Positions 36,085-43,871 of a DNA stretch of 64,000 nucleotides are shown in pieces. Both the position numbers and the translations under genes were made by a program. The notes below the pieces were generated by a model, which was given only the letters and a program-made list of their open reading frames with translations, had not been told where the DNA came from and searched no databases. Position 1 is the first letter of the stretch. Every line of letters begins with the position of its first letter. Source of the DNA: Deltaproteobacteria bacterium (lineage in GTDB: Bacteria; Myxococcota_A; Polyangia; DRWM01; JAAZOP01); contig JACRCZ010000056.1 in the NCBI GenBank assembly GCA_016218765.1, forward strand, positions 28,162 to 92,161. Direction: 5' to 3'.

Positions 36085-38064
36085 TCAGTAGGCGTTGAAG
36101 ATCTCGAAGTCGTGCGGCGCATCCTCGACGCCGATGAAGCCGACGCGGTCGTTGGGTACCGGGACGCGACGGAGGCGGCAGCCGGGGCGGCAGCGCAGGG
36201 TCTCCAGCCAGTGGTAGCGCAGGACGAGGCTGCCGCCGGGCGAGCCGCGGACGGCGATGCGGTTGAGCCCGGCCCGCACCTCGCCCGGCCCGTCGCCGAC
36301 GAGGAGTCGTGACGGCTCGCGCACGCGGTAGATGCGGTGGCGGAAGACGACGTTCTCCAGCCGCAGGAGGTCGGTCCGGCTTTCCAGCGCGGGGATGGGG
36401 TTGGAGATCACGACCCACTTCACGGCGTACTGCTGCAGGTACTGCCGGAGCTGCTCGGGCCCGGGCATCTCGGTCCCGGGAAACCGGCGGAAGAGGTTGG
36501 CGTCGCTGTGGGCGAGGTTGATCTCCTTGAACCCGCCGATGACCTGCGCCTTCGTGGCCCACGCCAGGTGCTCGCCCAGCATCCACCACTCGACCAGCCA
36601 GCGGCCGGACCCGTCGTCGTGCGCATCGACGAAGGCCGCCATCGCGGGCAGATCCTCGGCCGTGCCCGGCCGGTGGCGGAAGTCGAACGGGGCGGGCCAG
36701 CGGATGGTGCCGAAGTAGATGCCGCCGTTGACGTCGGGCGGCGGCGCCGGCAGGGGGCGGGTCTGCTGCGGCAGGAGCTCGGGCACGAAGTACAGGACGT
36801 CGCGCGCGAGCCGCGGCACGGTCACGAAGAGCAGCAGTCCCACCAGCCCCCAGGCCGCCGCCGGCGGTCGCGCCGCGCGCAGGGCGCCGATGCCCCGCTC
36901 CAGGAACACCGCGGCCGGGATCACGGCCAGGTACATCGCCGGCAGGATGAAACGGTACGGCTGCACCTGCCGCAGGAAGCCGAGGTAGCCGCCGAAGTAG
37001 CTGACGAAGAGCAGGACGCCCAGCGCCGCCGCGAACGGGGCGAAGCGCCGGTCGCGCTCGCGCCGCCACCACCAGAGGCCGAGGGCCGCGCCGCCGAGCG
37101 CCAGGAAGCGGAAGCCCGACCGCACCGCGACCACGCCCGAGACGGACGGCTCGTTGAGCAGCCCGAGCCAGTCGGTGAGCACGTAGTCCACGGTGGCGTC
37201 GAGGTAGAAGCCCGAGTCGAGGATGTAGCTCCAGAAGCGCAGCGTCGGCCGCAGCCACCACAGGTTGGCCACCACCGCGCCGACCGCGACGGCCGCGACG
37301 CCGAGGTGTTCGCGCCAGCCGAGCGTCCGGACGTCGCGCAGGTAGAGGACGGCCATCGGCGGGGCGAGGAGGAAGAAGGAGTAGGGGTGCAGGTTGAGCA
37401 GCAGGGAGAGCAGCGCCAGGACGGCCAGGAGCCACCAGGGATCGCGGGTCGCGCGCCAGCGCCAGAAGGCCGCCAGCGGCAGCAGCCACAGGTAGGCGGC
37501 GAAGCCCCAGCAGATCATCCCGACCCAGGCGCACCAGTGGGCGAGCGCGTCGAAGAACCAGCACGCGGAGCCGAGCGCGGCAGCGGCGACGGCGGTCCAG
37601 GGGCGGACGTCGAAGAGGCGCGCGGAGGCGTAGAACACGAGCGGCACGAGGAACGCGGCGAGCCAGAGGAAGAGGTTGAACGCAATCGGCCGCGGGACGC
37701 CGAGCGACTCCAGGCCGATCGTCCAGGCCTCCCAGGCCTTGTTGTCGGCATCGAAGATGACGCCGGAGATCTGTCCGGCGAGCTGCTGCGGGTTGTAGGC
37801 CCAGGTGCGGCCGGACTGCCCGTAGGCTTCCGCCGCCGCGTGCACCTGTCCGTAGTGCGTCTCCCAGTCGAATCCCGGCAGCGGGCGGGTCGAGAGGATC
37901 ACGGCGGGCGGGTCGAAGTACAGCGCCAGGCCGACGTGTGCGGCGACGACGGCGAGGAGGCCGAGCAGGGGCGCGGCGCGACGCAGGGGGGCCGGGCGCG
38001 CGTCCTGCGGCGCCTGGTCCCGCGTGCCGGACGACCCCGGCCCGGCCGCCGCCTCGCCGCTCAT
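36085..38064 (-). CDS. Polytopic membrane protein of the GT-C-like / 6-pyruvoyl-tetrahydropterin-synthase-related (YfhO-like) type
   Basis: Acidic luminal motif PGFDWETH after the first TM, about 11-12 hydrophobic segments including LHPYSF and QPYRF, and a soluble C-terminal domain. Confidence 0.6.
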   Translation of the reverse strand: MSGEAAAGPGSSGTRDQAPQDARPAPLRRAAPLLGLLAVVAAHVGLALYFDPPAVILSTRPLPGFDWETHYGQVHAAAEAYGQSGRTWAYNPQQLAGQISGVIFDADNKAWEAWTIGLESLGVPRPIAFNLFLWLAAFLVPLVFYASARLFDVRPWTAVAAAALGSACWFFDALAHWCAWVGMICWGFAAYLWLLPLAAFWRWRATRDPWWLLAVLALLSLLLNLHPYSFFLLAPPMAVLYLRDVRTLGWREHLGVAAVAVGAVVANLWWLRPTLRFWSYILDSGFYLDATVDYVLTDWLGLLNEPSVSGVVAVRSGFRFLALGGAALGLWWWRRERDRRFAPFAAALGVLLFVSYFGGYLGFLRQVQPYRFILPAMYLAVIPAAVFLERGIGALRAARPPAAAWGLVGLLLFVTVPRLARDVLYFVPELLPQQTRPLPAPPPDVNGGIYFGTIRWPAPFDFRHRPGTAEDLPAMAAFVDAHDDGSGRWLVEWWMLGEHLAWATKAQVIGGFKEINLAHSDANLFRRFPGTEMPGPEQLRQYLQQYAVKWVVISNPIPALESRTDLLRLENVVFRHRIYRVREPSRLLVGDGPGEVRAGLNRIAVRGSPGGSLVLRYHWLETLRCRPGCRLRRVPVPNDRVGFIGVEDAPHDFEIFNAY

Positions 38065-38141
38065 CTGCCGCGCGTCCCGTGTCGCCGGATCGCCGTTCCG
38101 CCGCCGAGCATCGGGCGGCATCGTCCCTGCCCGGTGGTGGG

Positions 38142-38172
38142 TTGTCAAGGTTCGCGCCACCTGTGCTAGTGT
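38142..38172 (+). promoter_or_regulatory. TTGTCA ... TG-c-TAGTGT extended -10 promoter, 8 nt before GTG 38181 (probably leaderless)
   Basis: Motifs read directly; no SD. Confidence 0.4.
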
Positions 38173-38180
38173 GCGCGGCC

Positions 38181-40655
38181 GTGAGCGAATCCGGGGAAAC
38201 GGGAGCATCCGCGCCGCCGGCCGAGCCGCCGGCGCCGGACGTGGGACGCGCCGCGGGGGTTTCCGACCTGTCCCTGGGTCTGGGCATCGCCCTGTTCAGC
38301 CTGGTGCTGCTGGCCTACGAGGTGGTGCAGATCCGGGTCTTCGCGTACTCGGTCAACCCGGCCTTCGTCTGGTCCGTCATCGCCATCACGATGCTCGGCT
38401 TCGGCATCGCCGGGGCCGTGCTCAGCCTGTCGGCGCGGCTGCGCCGGGCGCCGTTGGGGTACGTCCTGGCGGCCGGCTGCGTCGGATTCGGCCTCACGGG
38501 CCTGGCGGCCAACGTGCTGTTCGCGCGCACCTCGCACCTCATGCACTTCGAGTCGAGCCTGGCGAGCACCTTCACGTTCGCGACGATCGCGGTCGTCGTC
38601 CTCGCCACCCTGCCCTACGCCTGCGGCGGGTTCGTGGTCGGCTCGATCCTGAGCCGTCGCAGCGAAGCGGTCGGGCGGCTCTACGCGTTCAACCTGGTGG
38701 GCAGCGCCGCAGGCTGCTTCGCCGTGAATTTCCTGTTGCGGCCGCTGGGGGCCGAGCGGCTGGTCCTGCTGCTGCTGGCGGTGGGCGCGGCGAGCGCGGG
38801 GCTGTTCGTGGAGTCTTCCCGGCGGGCCTTGCGGTGGGGGGTGCTGGGCGCCGGGGTGCTGCTGGCGCTGGCCGCGCTTGGGGGGCCGTCGCTGCTCCCG
38901 TTCCAGCCGGACGCGAAGGACGGGCTGGTGCGGACGGCGGAGATCTACCGCGAGCACGGGGGCGGGGAGCCGATCCGGGAGTGGGAGGCGTGGGATCCGA
39001 TCGGGAAGATCGACATCACGTCTTGGCGCGGGCAGAGCATCTGGACGCCGGACCCGCTCCCGTTCAAGGGCTACACGCAGGACGGGGGCGCGTCGTCGGT
39101 GCTGGTGGGGCTGGGGGCGGGGCACGCGGCGCGGATGAAGCTGTTCGACGACACGGTGTACGGCGTGGCGCACCAGCTTCGACCGGGGGCGGACACGCTG
39201 GTGATCGGGCTGGGCGGCGGTCCGGACATCCAGTCCGCGCTGCAGCACGGCGCGCGCAGCGTGGTCGGCGTGGAGATCAACCGCTCGGCGGCCGAGGCGG
39301 TGCGGGGACCGTTCTCGAAGTTCGTCGGCGACGCCTACAACAAACCGAACGTGCAGATCCTGGTGCAGGACGGCCGGAGCTATGCCCGGGCGACGAGCCG
39401 TCGTTTCGACGTGATGCAGATGTCGGGGACCGACACCCTGACGGTGCAGTCGTCGGGTTCGTTCGTGATGGCGGAGTCGTACCTCTACACGGTGGAGGCG
39501 TTCGAGGACTACCTGCGGCTGCTCCGGCCGGACGGGATGCTGGCGATCGTCCGGTTCGGGGCGGAGCCGTACCGGCTGGGCGCGATCGCGACGACGGCGC
39601 TGCGCCACCTGGGCGTGGCGCGGCCGGACCTGTGCGTCGTCGTCCTGAGCCAGGCGCGGATGAAGCTCAGCCTGGTGAAGAAGGTGCCGTTCGCACCGGG
39701 CGAGCTGGACGCGATCGATCGCATCGTGATGCGCAGCGCCTCGTCCAACGAGGGCATCGCGTTCCCGCCGTACGACATCTACGGGCTGCGGTTCGGCGAT
39801 CCGCTGGTCCGGCTCTACGCGCCGGACCGGCCGGGCAACGAGCCGGAGATGAACCGTCTCTTCGGGGCGATCCGGGACCGCCAGGATCCGGGGTTGCGCG
39901 TCGTGCCCACGGACGACCGCCCGTTCTACTTCGCGGTCGACCTCGTCAACTACTTCACGGGCGGGCCGGTGAACCCCGCCGCCGGGGCGCAGGTCGGGGC
40001 GTACATGCGCTTCATGGGCATCCTGGTCGCCGTCGCGGTGGTGCTCATCGTGGTCCCGCTGCTGGCGTTCCGCGCGCGCCGGCTGCGGTCGCGGGGTGCG
40101 CTGCCGGCGCTGGCCTATTTCTTCCTCATCGGCGTCTGTTTCATGCTGCTCGAGGTCGGGTTGCTGCAGAAATCGGTCTTGATCGTCGAGCATCCGGCGT
40201 ATTCGGTGTCGATCGTGCTGGCCTCGCTGCTGCTGTCGAGCGCGCTGGGGAGCTGGCTGTCGTCGCGCGTGCGGCTGTCGCCGCGGGCGATCGTCGGTCT
40301 GGCGGCCGCGGTGATCGGGGTGGTCGGCGGCGCCTACGTGCTGGTGCTGACCCCGCTGTTCGACGCGCTCCTGGCCTGGCCGTTCGCGTTGCGCATGGCC
40401 GCGGTCGTGGTGATCGTCGCGCCGCTGGGCACGGCGATGGGCGTGTTCTTCCCCACGGGCCTGCGGCGGCTGGGCGAAGGGGGCGGGCCGCTGGCGCCGT
40501 GGGCGTACGGCGTCAACGGCTTCGCGTCGGTGCTCGGCACGGTCCTCTCGATGCCGCTCGCCGTGCTCTTCGGCTTCACCACCGTCTTCGCCATTGCCGT
40601 CGGCGCCTACCTCCTCGCCGCCGTGGCGTTCCTCGGGTTTCCGCGCGAGGCCTGA
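38181..40655 (+). CDS. Membrane-bound spermidine-synthase-like / SAM-dependent transferase
   Basis: About 7 N-terminal and about 6 C-terminal TM helices surround a class I SAM domain (LVIGLGGGPD, VGVEIN, DGRSY, FDVMQM). Confidence 0.8.
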   Translation: MSESGETGASAPPAEPPAPDVGRAAGVSDLSLGLGIALFSLVLLAYEVVQIRVFAYSVNPAFVWSVIAITMLGFGIAGAVLSLSARLRRAPLGYVLAAGCVGFGLTGLAANVLFARTSHLMHFESSLASTFTFATIAVVVLATLPYACGGFVVGSILSRRSEAVGRLYAFNLVGSAAGCFAVNFLLRPLGAERLVLLLLAVGAASAGLFVESSRRALRWGVLGAGVLLALAALGGPSLLPFQPDAKDGLVRTAEIYREHGGGEPIREWEAWDPIGKIDITSWRGQSIWTPDPLPFKGYTQDGGASSVLVGLGAGHAARMKLFDDTVYGVAHQLRPGADTLVIGLGGGPDIQSALQHGARSVVGVEINRSAAEAVRGPFSKFVGDAYNKPNVQILVQDGRSYARATSRRFDVMQMSGTDTLTVQSSGSFVMAESYLYTVEAFEDYLRLLRPDGMLAIVRFGAEPYRLGAIATTALRHLGVARPDLCVVVLSQARMKLSLVKKVPFAPGELDAIDRIVMRSASSNEGIAFPPYDIYGLRFGDPLVRLYAPDRPGNEPEMNRLFGAIRDRQDPGLRVVPTDDRPFYFAVDLVNYFTGGPVNPAAGAQVGAYMRFMGILVAVAVVLIVVPLLAFRARRLRSRGALPALAYFFLIGVCFMLLEVGLLQKSVLIVEHPAYSVSIVLASLLLSSALGSWLSSRVRLSPRAIVGLAAAVIGVVGGAYVLVLTPLFDALLAWPFALRMAAVVVIVAPLGTAMGVFFPTGLRRLGEGGGPLAPWAYGVNGFASVLGTVLSMPLAVLFGFTTVFAIAVGAYLLAAVAFLGFPREA

Positions 40656-40668
40656 CCGCGCCCGTGCG

Positions 40669-43200
40669 CTATTCGATGTAGCCCAGGGCCCGCAGGATCG
40701 CTTCCTCGCGCCGTGCGGGCGGCCGCGGGGCGCGGTGGGCCAGCGACCACAGCGGCGCCGCGACCTCGACCAGCTTCGCCCGCCATTCGACGAACAACGG
40801 GTCCTCGGCGGCGACGGCGGAGCGTTCCGCCGGATCCGAGGAGAGCAGGTACGCCTCCCACGCGTCGTCGCGCGGCACGTGGATCAGCTTGCGCGCCGCG
40901 TTGCGGGCGCACACGGCTTCCGTGCGATCCGCGTTCCTCCCCGGGTCGGCCTGCACGTAGTGCGAGGTCTGCCCGTAGACCACGCGCTGGGGTCCGGCCG
41001 CCTCCGCCTGCGCCAGCGTCATCCCGTCCAGGCCCTCGGGAAGCGGCAGGCCGAGGCGCTCGAGGAGCATCGGCAGCACGTCGACCAGGGAGACCTGGGC
41101 GGCGACGTGTCGCGGTCCGGTCGCGTCGGGATCCAGGACGACCAGGGGCACGCGCAGCAGCGTGTCGTAGAGATCGAACGAGTGCCCGTAGTGGCCGTGC
41201 TCGCCGAACTCCTCGCCGTGGTCGGCGAGGACGACGACGATCGTCTCGCGGTCGAGTCCCTGCGCCGCGAGCAGCTCGAGCAGCCTGCCGAGCTGCTCGT
41301 CGAAGTAGCGCACCTCGCCGTCGTACAGGCTCTCGAGCCGCCGCAGCAGCGGCGGCCCGACGGCGATGCGCTCGCCTTCGCGCACCGACATCTCGCCCAG
41401 GTCGCCGCGCACGTCGACGGGGAAGCCGCCGGCGATGGCCAGCACCATGGGGCGTACGGCGGGGTTGCCGAAGATGCTCCAGGTGTCGTGGTCGACGGAG
41501 CCCGTATAGGCGGGGTCGAAGATGTCGTAGAAGGGCTCCGGCGCGACGTACGGCGCGTGCGGCTCCATGAAGTGGGCGTAGACGAAGAAGCGTTCCTCGC
41601 GGTGCCGCACGATCCAGTCGGCGGCCTGGTCCATCACCCGGCCTGCGTTGGCGAACAGCGCCTCGCCGTGGTCCTCGAAGCCGTCGATGAATCCGTGGTC
41701 CCGGCCGAGCAGCGGATTGGAGGTGAATCCGGCCGTGCTGTAGCCGGCCGCCCGCAGTCGATCGGCCCAAGTCTGCCAGCTCGCCGGCAACAGCGAGCGT
41801 TCGGGATGGATCACGCGATGGCGCACGGGGTAGACGCCGGTGAACAGCGAGGCCACCGAGGGGAGGGTCCAGGACGCGGCGGCCGACGCCTGGTCGAAGA
41901 TCAGGCCCCGCCGGGCCGCGGCGGCGTCGAGATGCGGAGTGGTGTCGCGTCCGTACCCGTACAACCCCACGTGGTCGGCGCGCAGGGAATCCGCGAGCAG
42001 CACGACGACGTTGCGCCCGCCGTCGCCCCGCGCGCGCCGCGGCACCGGTTTCCGCGTCACGACCTCGAGCTGCGTGAATCCCGGCGTGGCCCACTCCGGC
42101 GGCAGGTCGCTGGCGGAAACCAGCTCCAGCTCGATCGGTCCCGCGGCGGCGAGGCCGAGCGGCAGCATGCCGGAGGTCTCGCGCGGCCACGGTCCCACCG
42201 CCCCGGGCTCGATGGCCAGCGCCCGGGCCCCCGCCGTCGTCCAGGTCTCCTCGCCCGCGCCGCCGGCGACCCGGGTGCGCACGGTGAACCCGACCGTGCC
42301 GGCCCGTCCCGCGCCGTCCGCCGGCCAATGCGGCAGCACGTGGAAGCGGAAGCGCAGGGCATCGGCCGGACCCGCCTCGAGGCGGTAGCGCAGCGACGAG
42401 CCCTGGGGCACGACGACCGCCGGGCGGAGGGCCATCTCGGCCACGAGCCCGACCTTGATCTCGTGCGGCGCGTTGCCCTGCCCGTTCGCCAGGCGCGACG
42501 CCTGCGGGAACAGCTCGAGCAGGTCCTGCCGCGACGTCTCGGCGGCGACCGTCGTGCGGTCCCCGGGCGGCTCCCGGTGTTCGGAGACGATCGCGGGCCA
42601 CGACCAGTCCGCGATCAGCCCTTCGCGCCCGCCGCCGGCCGACAGGACGAGGTCGCAGCGCGCGCCGGGCTGCGCGGGTTCCGGCAGCGCCACGTCCGCC
42701 TCCGCCCACTCGTTCGTCCCCGGATCCCGCGCGTCCACGGTCGCGGCGAACAGGCGTTCCAGGCCGGCGCCGCGGTCGATCTCGACGCGGAACTCGATCG
42801 GCGCCGCCTCGCCCTTGGTCCGGATCGTGATGCCGTAGCCGAACGTGAGCCGCGCCCCGGGCGGCAGCGGCACGCTGCGGAACCGGAGCCGCAAGGGAGG
42901 CGTGAACATCAGCGCCTCGCGCTGGTCGTCCCGCAGCACCGGGAACCCCTTCTCCACGTGGCCCGGGACCCCCTCGTACACGACGTCGGCCAGCCGCGTG
43001 AACAGCTCGAGCCGTCCCGTGAACGGCTCGGATTCGCCGACCTCCGCGATCTGCCCGTCGGACCAGGCGACGACCTGCGCGGCGCCGGACGCGGCTGCGC
43101 CGCCGGACGAGGACTTGCGGGAGCAGCCGGAGGCGAGCGCCAGGAGCAGCAGCGCGGCCGGGACGCCTGGGCGCCATGAGAAGCACGACCCGTTGAACAA
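40669..43200 (-). CDS. Alkaline-phosphatase-superfamily (sulfatase-like) lipoprotein with Thr at the nucleophile position
   Basis: TTG start with a GGAGGAG RBS, lipobox ASGC, NVVVLLADSLRADH, SWTLPSVASLFTG, HFMEPHAPY, LADHGEEF and RVPL. Confidence 0.85.
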   Translation of the reverse strand: MFNGSCFSWRPGVPAALLLLALASGCSRKSSSGGAAASGAAQVVAWSDGQIAEVGESEPFTGRLELFTRLADVVYEGVPGHVEKGFPVLRDDQREALMFTPPLRLRFRSVPLPPGARLTFGYGITIRTKGEAAPIEFRVEIDRGAGLERLFAATVDARDPGTNEWAEADVALPEPAQPGARCDLVLSAGGGREGLIADWSWPAIVSEHREPPGDRTTVAAETSRQDLLELFPQASRLANGQGNAPHEIKVGLVAEMALRPAVVVPQGSSLRYRLEAGPADALRFRFHVLPHWPADGAGRAGTVGFTVRTRVAGGAGEETWTTAGARALAIEPGAVGPWPRETSGMLPLGLAAAGPIELELVSASDLPPEWATPGFTQLEVVTRKPVPRRARGDGGRNVVVLLADSLRADHVGLYGYGRDTTPHLDAAAARRGLIFDQASAAASWTLPSVASLFTGVYPVRHRVIHPERSLLPASWQTWADRLRAAGYSTAGFTSNPLLGRDHGFIDGFEDHGEALFANAGRVMDQAADWIVRHREERFFVYAHFMEPHAPYVAPEPFYDIFDPAYTGSVDHDTWSIFGNPAVRPMVLAIAGGFPVDVRGDLGEMSVREGERIAVGPPLLRRLESLYDGEVRYFDEQLGRLLELLAAQGLDRETIVVVLADHGEEFGEHGHYGHSFDLYDTLLRVPLVVLDPDATGPRHVAAQVSLVDVLPMLLERLGLPLPEGLDGMTLAQAEAAGPQRVVYGQTSHYVQADPGRNADRTEAVCARNAARKLIHVPRDDAWEAYLLSSDPAERSAVAAEDPLFVEWRAKLVEVAAPLWSLAHRAPRPPARREEAILRALGYIE

Positions 43201-43232
43201 GAACCCCTCCTCCTCGCCGCCGGTCTACCCGG

Positions 43233-43871
43233 CTACGACTTGCGGTTCAACCCCGCCGTCGGACAGACGTCGACGCAGCGCATGCAGCCGGCGCAGTTCC
43301 CGGGCAGCGGGTCGCCCTGGAACGTGGACAGCACCGCGCGCGGGCCGCGATGCGCGAACTCGAGCAGCGGGTCGTCCGGGCGCACGCGGCGGCACTCCAC
43401 GATGCACCGCTTGCACCACACGCACTTGTCCGGCTCCAGGCGGATCGCGGAGTGGCGCTCGTCCGCCGGCGTCGCGATCGGCCGCAGCGGGAAGCGCTTC
43501 GACCGCAGCGGCCACTTCTCGCGCTTCGCGATCCGGATCAGCTCGCACGTCTTGAGCGCCGCGCAACCGTGGCACGTCGGCGCGTGCGCCCCGAGGATCA
43601 GCTCGAAGCCCGTGCGCCGCAGCGCGGCCAGCTCGGGCGTCGCCACCCGCACGACCATCCCGTCCTTCGGTCGCACCGCACAGCTCAGGACCGGCTCCGC
43701 CCGACCCTCGAGCGCCACGAAGCACAGCCGGCAGTTGCCGTCCGGGAACTCGTCGCGGATGGCGCAGAGGTTGGGGATGTGGATCCCGGCGTCCAGCGCC
43801 GCCCACAGCAGCGGCTGCCCGGTGTCGGCGGGCACCTCGCGGCCATCGATGCGGATCGTCACGCGCGCCAT
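43233..43871 (-). CDS. Fe-S-only subunit ([2Fe-2S] + [4Fe-4S]) resembling the N-terminus of HydA/NuoG or HoxU; no catalytic domain
   Basis: IPNLC..GNCRLC..SC ([2Fe-2S]), HxxxCxxC..C, CVWCKRC..C and CAGCMRCVDVCP; 212 aa. The ATG overlaps the upstream TGA. Confidence 0.85.
   Translation of the reverse strand: MARVTIRIDGREVPADTGQPLLWAALDAGIHIPNLCAIRDEFPDGNCRLCFVALEGRAEPVLSCAVRPKDGMVVRVATPELAALRRTGFELILGAHAPTCHGCAALKTCELIRIAKREKWPLRSKRFPLRPIATPADERHSAIRLEPDKCVWCKRCIVECRRVRPDDPLLEFAHRGPRAVLSTFQGDPLPGNCAGCMRCVDVCPTAGLNRKS

Noticed and set aside
43150-43200. Possible frameshift at the sulfatase-like gene start (ATG MAPRR in another frame)
   Set aside because: The TTG at 43200 has a strong GGAGGAG RBS and gives a continuous signal peptide and lipobox, so no frameshift is needed.
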